This document shows, piece after piece, positions 27,209-36,322 of a stretch of 64,000 bases of DNA (position 1 is its first letter; each line of letters opens with the position of its first letter). The position numbers and the translations under genes were made by a program. Below the pieces are notes generated by a model, which saw only the letters and a list, made by a program, of their open reading frames with translations, did not search any database and was not told the DNA's origin. This DNA comes from an uncultured Phascolarctobacterium sp. (GTDB taxonomy: Bacteria > Bacillota > Negativicutes > Acidaminococcales > Acidaminococcaceae): NCBI RefSeq assembly GCF_900753045.1, contig NZ_CAADXO010000012.1:36588-100587 (forward strand). Direction: 5' to 3'.

Positions 27209-30200
27209 TTATTTGAAGTAGCTTACGCCGGACAGGAAAATCTTCTGATCCTTGTCGCCAGCAATGTTGCGGAACAGGCCCGGAGCAAAGCGCTCGCTGT
27301 GACCCATCTTGCCGAGGATACGTCCGTCGGGGCTAGTGATGCCTTCGATAGCATACAGGCTGCCGTTCGGGTTGAACGGAGTGTTCATGGTCGGTACGCC
27401 CTGAGCATTTACATACTGGGTAGCAACCTGGCCGTTAGCGAACAGCTCTTTAATGGTGCTTTCCGGAGCGTAGAAACGGCCTTCGCCGTGGGATACGGCA
27501 ACTGCATGCTCTTCGCCGGGCTCGCACAGGCTGAACCACGGAGATTTGTTGGAAACAACTCTGGTGGTAACAATCTGGGAAATATGACGGCCGATGTTGT
27601 TGAAGGTCAGTGTCGGTGCATCGCTGGTCATATCGCGGATATCGCCGTACGGAACGAGGCCAAGCTTAATCAATGCCTGGAAGCCATTGCAGATACCCAG
27701 CATCAGGCCATCGCGGTTTTCGAGCAGGTCGCTGATTGCTTCCTTGATGCGCGGGTTGCGGAACATGGTAGCGATGAATTTGCCGCTGCCGTCAGGCTCG
27801 TCACCGGCGCTGAAGCCACCGGGGATCATAACGATCTGGGAGTTGTTGATATATTTAACCATTGCTTCTACGGATTCTTCGATAGCAGCAGCGGTAAGGT
27901 TGCGCACGATGAAGGTGTTAGCTTCGGCACCTGCAGCTTCAAAAGCGCGGGCACTGTCGTATTCGCAGTTGTTGCCGGGGAATACGGGGATGAATACGCG
28001 CGGTTTGGCGATATTCACCGGAGCGGTGAGCGTCAGCTCGCTCTTGTACAGCGGCATAGCGATGTCAGCAGGCTCCTCTGCCTTCGGAGTGCCGTCCGGG
28101 AAGATGCCCAGCAGCGGCTCGCGGTATGCGGCAAAGGCTTTCGCAGCGTCAATCTTGGTGTCGTTGATGGTGATGCCTGCTTCGGCAGTAGTGTGGCCGA
28201 GCAGCATGTAATCCAGACCTTCGAACAGCTCTTCCGGTTCTACGCCGGCTGCCAGCTCGATAACCATGCCACCGGGCTGCAGAGTAAAGAGGCTGTCGGT
28301 ATCGTGGAACGGTTTGATGAATTCAAAGCCAAGCTCGTTGCCCAGGCTCATGGTGGTTACCAGTGCAGCTACGCCACCCTCTTTAACAGCGGCAGCAGCA
28401 GCGATTTTGCCTGCTTCTATAGCCTTGTGTACAGCGGTCAGGTTTTCCTTCAGCGCTGCAAAATCCAGTACTTCGGCACTGTTGCGCGGGCAGGACAGGA
28501 AGATTACCTTGTCGCCTGCTGCCTTGAAGTCGGCAGATACAGCCTTGTTGCCATCGATTACGCCTACAGCGAAGGAAACGAGTGTAGGCGGAACGGTTTT
28601 GTCCATGAAGGTACCGCTCATGCTGTCCTTGCCGCCGATTGCCGGCAGGTCCAGTGCATCAAGTGCGGTGAAGGCGCCCAGCAGTGCGCTGAACGGCTGG
28701 CCCCAGCTGTTGGCATCATGCAGTTTCGGGAAGTACTCCTGCAGAGTCAGGCGCAGCTTAGCGGGGTCTGCACCCAGAGCTACGGCACGAACTACGGATT
28801 CGGTTACAGCGTACATTGCGCCGTGGAACGGGCTCCAGCAGGCAACGTTCGGGTTGTAGCCGCAGGCCATTACGCTGGCTGCAGTGGTGTTGCCATGCAG
28901 CACAGGAATGCGACCTACCATGCCCTCGCTCGGGGTGAGCTGGGTTTTGCCGCCAAACGGCATCATTACGGTGCCACGGCCGATGGTGCTGTCAAAGCGC
29001 TCGGACAGGCCCTTTTCGCTGCAAACATTCAGACGGCCGAGGTTAGCCAGCCATGCAGCCTCCAGGTCAGCAGCGGAGGTTACTTCGGCAGGAACCTGCT
29101 CGAATACGTTGTCCTCTTTTTCTTCGCTTACTACGATATTGGTGTGCTGTGCAACGCCGTTGGTATCGAGGAAAGCGCGGGACAGGTCAACAATTTTATC
29201 GCCACGCCAGAACATAACCAGGCGCGGTTCTTCGGTAACGTCGGCAACAACAGTTGCTTCCAGGTTTTCTTCGTCAGCATATTTGATGAAGGCGTCGCGG
29301 TCAGCGGCAGCGATAACAACAGCCATACGCTCCTGAGATTCGGAGATAGCCAGCTCGGTGCCGTCCAGGCCTTCGTATTTCTTGGGAACCTTGTCGAGAT
29401 CAATAACAAGACCGTCGGTCAGCTCGCCGATAGCAACGGATACACCGCCTGCACCGAAGTCGTTGCAGCGTTTGATCATTGCGGTTACGGCAGGGTTGCG
29501 GAACAGACGTTGGATTTTGCGTTCGGTCGGAGGATTACCCTTCTGTACCTCTGCGCCGCAGCTCATGAGGGAGTCAACAGTGTGCTCCTTGGAGGAACCG
29601 GTTGCACCGCCGCAGCCGTCACGGCCGGTTTTACCGCCCAGCAGTACTACGATATCGCCGGCAGAGGGACGCTCACGGCGAACTGCGCTACGGGGAGCAG
29701 CGCCGATTACGCCGCCGATTTCCATACGCTTCGCAACAAATTTATCATGATAGTATTCCTGTACATGGCCGGTTGCCAGACCGATCTGGTTGCCGTAGGA
29801 GCTGTAGCCTGCAGCTGCGCCGATGGTAATCTTGCGCTGAGGCAGCTTGCCGGGCAGGGTTTCGCTGATCGGGGTGCGCGGGTCGGCACTGCCGGTTACA
29901 CGCATAGCCTGATATACATAGGAACGGCCGGACAGCGGATCGCGGATTGCACCGCCGAGGCAGGTTGCAGCGCCGCCGAACGGTTCGATTTCGGTCGGAT
30001 GGTTATGGGTTTCGTTTTTGAACATTACCAGCCACTCTTCGGTTTTGCCGTCGATTTCGATAGGCACAACGATAGAGCAGGCATTGATTTCTTCGGACTG
30101 GTCAAGGTCAGCCAGCTTGCCTTCCTTGCGCAGCTTCTTCATGCCGATTACGGCAATGTCCATCAGGGTTACCGGACGCTCGGTGTCTTCACCGTAAACC

Positions 30201-30985
30201 TCGTCACGGGCAGCCATGTATTTGTCATAAGCCTCTTGTACAGGCTGGGTAAAGGTGCCAGGAACGATATCTACATCCTCAATCTGAGTCATGAAGGTGG
30301 TATGACGGCAGTGGTCGGACCAGTAGGTATCCAGCACACGGATTTCAGTAATAGTCGGCTCGCGGTGCTCCTCGTTAAAGTATTTCTGGCACCACAGCAG
30401 GTCGTCCAGGCTCATAGCCAGGCCCATGGATTGGCGCAGTGCTTCTGCTTCTTCCTTGGACATGGTCAGGAAACCGGTAACGGATTTAACCTTTTCCGGC
30501 TCCTCGCAGGTGCTGATGAGGGTTTCAGGCTTAGCCTGCTCAGCCTCACGCGCTTCAATCGGGTTGATGCAGTAAGCCTTGATTTTTTCAACTTCTTCCG
30601 CAGTCAGCTCGCCTTCCAGCACATATACCTTAGCGGCAGCAACCATCGGGCGCTCCTTTTGGGTAATCAGCTGGATACATTGTTCGGCAAAATCCTCACG
30701 CTGGTCATATTGACCGGGCAGCAGCTCTACGGCAAAGGCAGCCTCGCCTGCAGCCAGCGGCAGCTCTTCTTCTACAACATTGTCGACAGGTGGCTCGGAC
30801 AGTACCAGCTGTTTAGCCATAGCGAATTCCTCATCGCTCAGGCCCATCACGTCATAGCGGTTAACGATACGCATACCGGTAAGATTGCTCATACCAAGGT
30901 TATTGCGCAGGTCTGCCAGCAAGCCATGTGCTTCGACAGCAAAGGCATCCTTCTTTTCTACAAAAAGTCTTCTAATGTTACTCAT
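27209..30985 (-). CDS. purL: Phosphoribosylformylglycinamidine synthase, single-chain large form (about 1260 aa)
   Basis: N-terminal PurS-like region, central AIRS/FGAM synthetase domains and a C-terminal glutaminase with the triad region GICNGFQAL. Start at MSNIRR, 8 nt after GGAGG. Confidence 0.95.
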   Translation of the reverse strand: MSNIRRLFVEKKDAFAVEAHGLLADLRNNLGMSNLTGMRIVNRYDVMGLSDEEFAMAKQLVLSEPPVDNVVEEELPLAAGEAAFAVELLPGQYDQREDFAEQCIQLITQKERPMVAAAKVYVLEGELTAEEVEKIKAYCINPIEAREAEQAKPETLISTCEEPEKVKSVTGFLTMSKEEAEALRQSMGLAMSLDDLLWCQKYFNEEHREPTITEIRVLDTYWSDHCRHTTFMTQIEDVDIVPGTFTQPVQEAYDKYMAARDEVYGEDTERPVTLMDIAVIGMKKLRKEGKLADLDQSEEINACSIVVPIEIDGKTEEWLVMFKNETHNHPTEIEPFGGAATCLGGAIRDPLSGRSYVYQAMRVTGSADPRTPISETLPGKLPQRKITIGAAAGYSSYGNQIGLATGHVQEYYHDKFVAKRMEIGGVIGAAPRSAVRRERPSAGDIVVLLGGKTGRDGCGGATGSSKEHTVDSLMSCGAEVQKGNPPTERKIQRLFRNPAVTAMIKRCNDFGAGGVSVAIGELTDGLVIDLDKVPKKYEGLDGTELAISESQERMAVVIAAADRDAFIKYADEENLEATVVADVTEEPRLVMFWRGDKIVDLSRAFLDTNGVAQHTNIVVSEEKEDNVFEQVPAEVTSAADLEAAWLANLGRLNVCSEKGLSERFDSTIGRGTVMMPFGGKTQLTPSEGMVGRIPVLHGNTTAASVMACGYNPNVACWSPFHGAMYAVTESVVRAVALGADPAKLRLTLQEYFPKLHDANSWGQPFSALLGAFTALDALDLPAIGGKDSMSGTFMDKTVPPTLVSFAVGVIDGNKAVSADFKAAGDKVIFLSCPRNSAEVLDFAALKENLTAVHKAIEAGKIAAAAAVKEGGVAALVTTMSLGNELGFEFIKPFHDTDSLFTLQPGGMVIELAAGVEPEELFEGLDYMLLGHTTAEAGITINDTKIDAAKAFAAYREPLLGIFPDGTPKAEEPADIAMPLYKSELTLTAPVNIAKPRVFIPVFPGNNCEYDSARAFEAAGAEANTFIVRNLTAAAIEESVEAMVKYINNSQIVMIPGGFSAGDEPDGSGKFIATMFRNPRIKEAISDLLENRDGLMLGICNGFQALIKLGLVPYGDIRDMTSDAPTLTFNNIGRHISQIVTTRVVSNKSPWFSLCEPGEEHAVAVSHGEGRFYAPESTIKELFANGQVATQYVNAQGVPTMNTPFNPNGSLYAIEGITSPDGRILGKMGHSERFAPGLFRNIAGDKDQKIFLSGVSYFK

Positions 30986-31175
30986 ATACACGGCCTCCAA
31001 TGTAATTTTCTCGAGGTGAATACTTGCTATTTATGTATCTATTTTAACCAATACACTTATATGGTTATGTCAAATAGATTATAAAGAAATATATTGTCTA
31101 GGTAATAAACTTGTATTATTTTGACAATGTATTCCCTTGTAAAACCTGTTGTTTGTGACTTTATAGTGTCACATG

Positions 31176-32330
31176 CTAAGCTTCTATCACAGCAACGTGT
31201 TTTTCCGAACATTCCTGCAAGATGTGCCCATAGATAGCATAGGTGACCGCTATGCTAGTGTGTCCTAAGCGTTCTGTTATAAGAGCTATAGGTACATGCT
31301 TGTAAATCATGTTGGATGCATTTGTGTGTCTCAATCCGTGGAACGTGAAAGGTCTAGTGATACCTGCGCCTTTCCTAGTGAAATCCCACGCATGGATAAG
31401 CAACCGCTCCACATAGAAGCTATCTCTTTTCCTATTATAGAAGATATAAGGTGACTTGTCAAAGCTAAGTGGCTTTAAAGACATAAGAAGCTGTGTTGTC
31501 TTCTCAGATATTTTGATGGTGCGATACCCAGCTTGTGTCTTAGGGTATGTAACTATTGTCTTGTTATTCTTATCCTTAGCTAAGGTTCTTTTTACAGATA
31601 TTGTATTAGCAGCATCATCGAGACAATCCCACGTAAGAGCTAACAGCTCCCCTTCTCTCATGCCTGTTTCATAAGCAAGACAATACAGAGCATAGAACTG
31701 ATACTTCAGCATAGGTTTCTCCTTGTGCTCCCATAGGGGCAGGAGGAACGCTTTGATTCGCTCGTGCTCCTCTTGCGATAAGACAACCACTTCATGTTTA
31801 GGTTTGTCACTCTTTGGTGTCTTCTGCATCGAAGTTACAGGTGACTTTCCAATGAGGTCTTGTTCTACACACCATTTGAAAAAGAGCCTTAAGCGACCTA
31901 TATAATTAAGATAGGTATTAGTTGAATAGTTCTTTTGATGCCACTCTAAGAGCATGGTATCTATAGTATGAGTGGTGACCTTAGATAACGCTAAGCCATT
32001 AGCTGTTTTGTCTAGGAGCTTAAGTACACGCCTTGTGGTGATTATTACAGACCCTGACATCCGCTGAGCTTCTAGGTGCTTAAGGTACACCTCACCCTGA
32101 TACTTTATTGTGTCTTCTTCTGCTTTTACTTGCAGACCTTTATCCTCTTTGTCTCTCTGAAGCTTCTTCAGCTTCTCCACAGCTTCCTTTTTTGTGTCTG
32201 CTGTGGCTGATAGCCAACGCCTTTTGCCATCCACAGGGTCTAATTCTACCCTAACACGTACTTTACCGCTAGGGAGGACTATTATAGACCCCTCTCCTTT
32301 AGGTCTTCTACGAGTGGTTTTAGATGGCAT
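31176..32330 (-). CDS. int: Tyrosine-type site-specific recombinase (phage integrase)
   Basis: C-terminal catalytic region FHGLRHTNAS ... LGHTSIAVTYAIYGHI carrying the R..H-x-x-R...Y signature. Start at MPSKTTRRR, 7 nt after AGGAGG. Confidence 0.9.
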   Translation of the reverse strand: MPSKTTRRRPKGEGSIIVLPSGKVRVRVELDPVDGKRRWLSATADTKKEAVEKLKKLQRDKEDKGLQVKAEEDTIKYQGEVYLKHLEAQRMSGSVIITTRRVLKLLDKTANGLALSKVTTHTIDTMLLEWHQKNYSTNTYLNYIGRLRLFFKWCVEQDLIGKSPVTSMQKTPKSDKPKHEVVVLSQEEHERIKAFLLPLWEHKEKPMLKYQFYALYCLAYETGMREGELLALTWDCLDDAANTISVKRTLAKDKNNKTIVTYPKTQAGYRTIKISEKTTQLLMSLKPLSFDKSPYIFYNRKRDSFYVERLLIHAWDFTRKGAGITRPFTFHGLRHTNASNMIYKHVPIALITERLGHTSIAVTYAIYGHILQECSEKHVAVIEA

Positions 32331-32389
32331 TATAAAACCTCCTGACTTCAAAAATTGCCAAAAATTGTGAAAGGGTATATATAATATAG

Positions 32390-32800
32390 AGATTGGCTGG
32401 TTTCCCCCCCGTGCCGTGGTCTTCGGGTCTCCTGCCTGGAATAGTATACACTATATCTGAATAACATATACTATATCGGTACTCCCAAGGGCACAAGTTA
32501 TGTCCGATAATATATCTTATGTTAAATTTCCCTTGCTTATACAAGGTTTTTGATAAGCTGTCCATATGTTATTACCTAGTTTTTATGGGGATATTGCGAA
32601 CATATGTACATAATAGCGAACGTATAGTATGGTTTAGGTAAAAATTAGGTATAAAATGTATCTGTATATATACCCTAGGTATCTAGTGTATCTAGTGTAT
32701 CCTATATCCCTGCTACATCCATTATATCCCTGAGTTGCCGTTGGTTACATTACTATAGATACTATTGTTAACATTAGCAGCTATTGCTACTACCATTATA
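32390..32800. repeat. Repeat-rich non-coding region between int and the RHH regulator
   Basis: Short direct repeats: AGTATACACTATATC / CATATACTATATCGG; GTATCTAGT twice; TATATCCCTG twice. A 55-bp GC-rich island lies at 32396-32449. Confidence 0.45.
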
Positions 32801-32816
32801 CAGTCAACAGCTACTA

Positions 32817-33002
32817 TTATATATCGCTGCTGCGCTTATGTTGTATGGTGGTGTCTTGTTGCTCATGTATCCATTGTGTTATTAGTTGTCTGAGTAGCTC
32901 ACTGCTATTAATAGCCTTGCTTTTACATAATGCCTGAAAATCATCTTTTAAGCGTTGCGGTACACGTACTCTAATTACTGTATCTTTATCATTATCATAC
33001 AT
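32817..33002 (-). CDS. Ribbon-helix-helix (Arc/CopG-like) regulator, candidate prophage repressor or excision regulator
   Basis: VIRVRVPQRLKDDFQALCKSKAINSSELLRQLITQWI fits an RHH fold. Transcribed divergently from the early operon across an operator-containing region. Confidence 0.55.
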   Translation of the reverse strand: MYDNDKDTVIRVRVPQRLKDDFQALCKSKAINSSELLRQLITQWIHEQQDTTIQHKRSSDI

Positions 33003-33048
33003 TATTATACGCCTCCTCTCTTGTTGTTATCCTCATTATACCATGCGT

Positions 33049-33190
33049 GGCTACATTTTGCTACATTTTTTTGAAAAAAGTACTTGCATTTTGTAGCTAC
33101 ATGTGGTATTATATAACCATATAGAGATACAAAAATACAGATACTCTCTATATATTTTTTAAACATCATGTAGCTACATAGAGCTACAAA
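33049..33190. promoter_or_regulatory. Operator cluster
   Basis: GCTACATTTT twice in tandem, TGTAGCTACA, ATGTAGCTACAT and GAGCTACA, all between the divergent RHH gene and the first early gene. Confidence 0.45.
33085..33112 (+). promoter_or_regulatory. Rightward early promoter with an overlapping palindromic operator
   Basis: TTGCAT, then 16 nt, then TATTAT. The spacer contains the perfect palindrome TGTAGCTACA (33092-33101). Confidence 0.45.
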
Positions 33191-33205
33191 AGGAGGTAAA
33201 TTAAT

Positions 33206-33424
33206 ATGAGAAGACAACAACAGACTACTAAAAAGCATATTGTAGAACCTGAAAAAATAGGCTATAAGAAGCAGAATAATGGCAGCGGTTACGCTATCAA
33301 AAAATATACACGCTTGTATAACCGCTACTGGGGAGATTATACAGTAATAGTAAGTAACTATCCCTCTTTAAATGCTATGCACTTGTTTGGTGCTCATGCA
33401 GATGTACAGATGTACCGCTACTAA
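33206..33424 (+). CDS. Early hypothetical protein (basic, 72 aa)
   Basis: ATG preceded by AAGGAGG. The N-terminus KKHIVEPEKIGYKK is paralogous to the next ORF. Confidence 0.45.
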   Translation: MRRQQQTTKKHIVEPEKIGYKKQNNGSGYAIKKYTRLYNRYWGDYTVIVSNYPSLNAMHLFGAHADVQMYRY

Positions 33425-33517
33425 TAAACTTTTATCGGTACTACCGCCCCGGCGGTGGTACTCATTAAGAGCTTATTAAACTCTTAAAACTTAATAACCT
33501 AGGAGGGACAAAAACAG

Positions 33518-33742
33518 ATGAAAAGACAAAAGCATATTGTAAACCCTGAAAATAAGCTGGGCACTATTAAGAAAAATACCAGCGATATGGGTTATATCCT
33601 CTTTACTTATGCAAAGGGTGCTGCTACTGATGTTGTAATTGTAAGTGAGTATGATACAGACTTTATCCGCTGTATCGCTTTTGACGCTTATACTCAAAAA
33701 GTAAATGAGCAAAAAAGATACTTGCAAGCGTGGGACAAATAG
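33518..33742 (+). CDS. Early hypothetical protein, paralogue of 33206..33424
   Basis: MKRQKHIVNPENKLGTIKK... against ...KKHIVEPEKIGYKKQ; RBS AGGAGGG. Confidence 0.45.
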   Translation: MKRQKHIVNPENKLGTIKKNTSDMGYILFTYAKGAATDVVIVSEYDTDFIRCIAFDAYTQKVNEQKRYLQAWDK

Positions 33743-33754
33743 GAGGGAAAAGTT

Positions 33755-33991
33755 ATGACAATGACGGAGAACGTATATTTAACCTACATGCAACTATTAG
33801 CTAACTATTACGAAAATGTTTACAAGTCACGTAAATGCCAAACAACGTTAGCTAAATTGCATGTTAGCGGACAAATATCGGATGCAGAGTACATTTCTTA
33901 TATCCCACGCATGGAAGCAAAGCTGGAGATATTAGCAGAATTGCAGAACCGGAACTATGAAGAGGACTTGAGAGATTTTAGCAAACTGTAA
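33755..33991 (+). CDS. Early hypothetical protein
   Basis: 78-aa ORF following GGAGGG. Confidence 0.4.
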   Translation: MTMTENVYLTYMQLLANYYENVYKSRKCQTTLAKLHVSGQISDAEYISYIPRMEAKLEILAELQNRNYEEDLRDFSKL

Positions 33992-34082
33992 TAGCTTTTT
34001 TCGGACATACTAGACACTTGTCTAGTGTGTCTCATAAAGAGTTATTAAGGATAACTCTAAAAATATTAGGAGGTAAATTAAT

Positions 34083-34328
34083 ATGGTAAAAAATGTGTGT
34101 CTTATGCTGGCGGTGCTGCTCATGGTGCACCTGAGCTGTGATGCAGCATCCAACCGCATCGGTGGGGAGGTAGATAATACCAGCACTGCTACTATGATTC
34201 TGTGGGACATCCGCACTGCTGTACAAGATGGCAGGTACACCGACCATCTTGCAGACATAGCAGCACAAATAGGCTGCTATGAGCTGGCAGAACTTATCAG
34301 CAACGCAGGAGGTGCAGATAATGCCTGA
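34083..34328 (+). CDS. Early hypothetical protein
   Basis: 81-aa ORF with RBS AGGAGG and a hydrophobic N-terminus. Confidence 0.4.
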   Translation: MVKNVCLMLAVLLMVHLSCDAASNRIGGEVDNTSTATMILWDIRTAVQDGRYTDHLADIAAQIGCYELAELISNAGGADNA

Positions 34329-34638
34329 ATGGTTAGAAGCTTTACTGATTGAAAAATTTGTAGTGCCTAACAAGCTTACAGAAGACCAGCAGCAACTATT
34401 AGAACAAATAGTGCTGGTGGGTGCTGAACTACAACCCATGCAGGAACAACGCTGGTATATCTCTTTTCCATATGTGCAGGCAGATATTTTAAAGTGGTAT
34501 TTACAAGAACACCATATAAAATATCAGGCAATAGAGGTTGCTAAAAATGTTGTACAAATATGGTATAACGCCCCAAAAAATAAAAAGGAATGTAAAGCAC
34601 TTGACGCTTTTATAAACCTGCTTACTAAAACCTTTTAG
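34321..34638 (+). CDS. Early hypothetical protein
   Basis: Start MPEWLEAL, 8 nt after AGGAGG, overlapping the previous stop; the ORF table begins 42 nt earlier. Confidence 0.4.
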   Translation: MPEWLEALLIEKFVVPNKLTEDQQQLLEQIVLVGAELQPMQEQRWYISFPYVQADILKWYLQEHHIKYQAIEVAKNVVQIWYNAPKNKKECKALDAFINLLTKTF

Positions 34639-34718
34639 AGCTTTTCAGGCATCCGCTCCGGCGGGTGTCTCATAAAGCTTTTACAGCTTTAAATAATAAC
34701 CTAGGAGGGAACAAAAAT

Positions 34719-35108
34719 ATGAGAACAAACAAGCAAGTAAAAATCAGCTTGCAGGACTTGCAGGCAGGTAAATATGCCAGCTTGCGCCCCGTCGAATTGC
34801 TGCGGACCTGCAGCCGGTGCTATATCATGCAGGTGCGGAAAAATAACTTTGCAATCTGTGTTATGGAGAAGGACGGCAGCTTATATCCCATCAATGCCCA
34901 TGTAGACAATGAAAAGGGCATAACTTATCGCCTACCCTACCATAAATATAATGCTGTGTCTGAGCCTATATGGACTTTTTACGTCGATGACTATTTTCAA
35001 CTAGCTATTCAGCAACTTTGCGACGTGGTACGGGCAATAAATGCTGATTGTACCATATACGCAGGCACGGCAGGTTGCGGAATTACTACTCATAAATACA
35101 TCAAATAA
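34719..35108 (+). CDS. Early hypothetical protein
   Basis: Start MRTNKQ after AGGAGGG, preceded by the conserved 58-bp intergenic element; the ORF table begins 54 nt earlier. Confidence 0.4.
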   Translation: MRTNKQVKISLQDLQAGKYASLRPVELLRTCSRCYIMQVRKNNFAICVMEKDGSLYPINAHVDNEKGITYRLPYHKYNAVSEPIWTFYVDDYFQLAIQQLCDVVRAINADCTIYAGTAGCGITTHKYIK

Positions 35109-35191
35109 CTTTAAGAGCTTTTCAGGCATCCGCTCCGGCGGGTGTCTCATAAAGCTTTTACAGCTTTAAAACATTATAGGAGGTACAAAAA

Positions 35192-35380
35192 ATGTATGCT
35201 ATCTATTTAAAATGCCCTAGCGGACGTTTTCACCCTATTAGCTTGCCTGAGGGTATTACAGTTAACCGCTTACTTTTTGCAAGTCTATGGGCAGAAAAAG
35301 CGCAAGCTGAAAAAGTTATGCAAAAACTGAAAGCATGGAATACTACTGCAATATTGCAAGTACGTAAAGTAAGAGCATAA
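35192..35380 (+). CDS. Early hypothetical protein (62 aa)
   Basis: RBS AGGAGG, preceded by a second copy of the 58-bp element. Confidence 0.4.
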   Translation: MYAIYLKCPSGRFHPISLPEGITVNRLLFASLWAEKAQAEKVMQKLKAWNTTAILQVRKVRA

Positions 35381-35486
35381 ATTATATTCAATTTAGGAGG
35401 TACAAAAGAAAAGTGAAAAAATGTTTAGTTTATCTGATTGAGTGTTTTTTAGTATCTAAACATACTAATCAGGTATTAAAAGAGGT

Positions 35487-35518
35487 AGCAAGATGCATTG
35501 CAGCCTTGCTTTTTGTCT
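35487..35518 (+). terminator. Early-region rho-independent terminator
   Basis: AGCAAGATGCATTGCAGCCTTGCT followed by TTTTTGTC. Confidence 0.5.
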
Positions 35519-35573
35519 TATTCTTTTCCATTGATTGGGATAAGACCCTGGATGCATGGGAGGTGCTTAAGTA

Positions 35574-35780
35574 ATGGATACATTGCAACAGCTACAGGCA
35601 GAACGAGACCGCACACAAAAACACTTGACTAATATGTCAAGTCTCTACTGTAAAAAGTACATGCAGAAAAATGATAAAAGTGAAGCAGCTTCTGAACTTT
35701 TAATGGATATAAAGTACATGGAGGGATACTTGGACGCTATAAACACTGCATTACTTATAATAGAGCCTATTCCCTTTTAA
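35574..35780 (+). CDS. Hypothetical protein (68 aa)
   Basis: RBS GGGAGGTG. Confidence 0.4.
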   Translation: MDTLQQLQAERDRTQKHLTNMSSLYCKKYMQKNDKSEAASELLMDIKYMEGYLDAINTALLIIEPIPF

Positions 35781-35867
35781 GAGTTTTTAGGGCATGTAGG
35801 GCAACCGCCCTGCGTGCCTTATAAAGCTTTTAAAGCTTTAATATTACTAATCTAGGAGGTGTTACAC

Positions 35868-36107
35868 ATGGATGTAACCTTAAAAAATGGCAAGCACTAC
35901 AGTATTACCTTGCGTGCATGGGACGGAGCACATTGGATGCCTGACTGTGCCGGGGACGTGCTGGCAACTTGGCAACCTGAGACACACGAGGACATTGACT
36001 GGCTTGTAGATGACTGCGACAACTTCAACGCAGGTGTAGACCTTGACTGGCTGGAGCACTGCCCAACGTGTCAAGAGGTGTCCTTGGATGTTCAGGAGGT
36101 GCAATAA
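35868..36107 (+). CDS. Acidic small protein
   Basis: MDVTLKNGKHY...DIDWLVDDCDNFNAGVDLDWLEHCPTCQE is strongly D/E-rich. The ATG lies 8 nt after AGGAGG. Confidence 0.45.
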   Translation: MDVTLKNGKHYSITLRAWDGAHWMPDCAGDVLATWQPETHEDIDWLVDDCDNFNAGVDLDWLEHCPTCQEVSLDVQEVQ

Positions 36108-36322
36108 TGGGAGAGCACAAAAGACAAGGCAAGACCTTTTTCGTGACTGTAGACGCTCATATGCAGGTTGCAATACATCGTGCCCCTAGTGGACATTTTT
36201 CGTATATTATCTACTACGATGGTAGACAAACAACCGGGGCATTACGTATCACACAAGCACATGCAGCCGATAAGCTGGGATTGACACTGCCGGAGCTGCT
36301 GGAAAAATTCAAACTTGACTAG
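36107..36322 (+). CDS. Hypothetical protein (71 aa)
   Basis: MGEHKRQGKTFFVTVDAHMQ..., ATG coupled to the previous stop, RBS AGGAGGTG. Confidence 0.4.
   Translation: MGEHKRQGKTFFVTVDAHMQVAIHRAPSGHFSYIIYYDGRQTTGALRITQAHAADKLGLTLPELLEKFKLD

Noticed and set aside
27299-31084. 1261-aa plus-strand ORF
   Set aside because: Antisense to purL, whose product has all FGAM-synthase domains. The long open antisense frame is a GC-skew artefact.
32396-32449. GC-rich island considered as a tRNA or tRNA fragment
   Set aside because: No cloverleaf can be drawn and there are no conserved T-arm or D-arm features. It is kept only as a possible att-core remnant.
32320-32565. 81-aa minus-strand ORF upstream of int
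   Set aside because: It spans the GC-rich island and repeat region. The translation is low complexity (PGRRPEDHGTGGKPA) and it has no RBS.
32640-32720. Short tandem repeats considered as a CRISPR array
   Set aside because: Repeat units are 9-10 bp with no regular spacers and there are no cas genes; more likely protein-binding sites.
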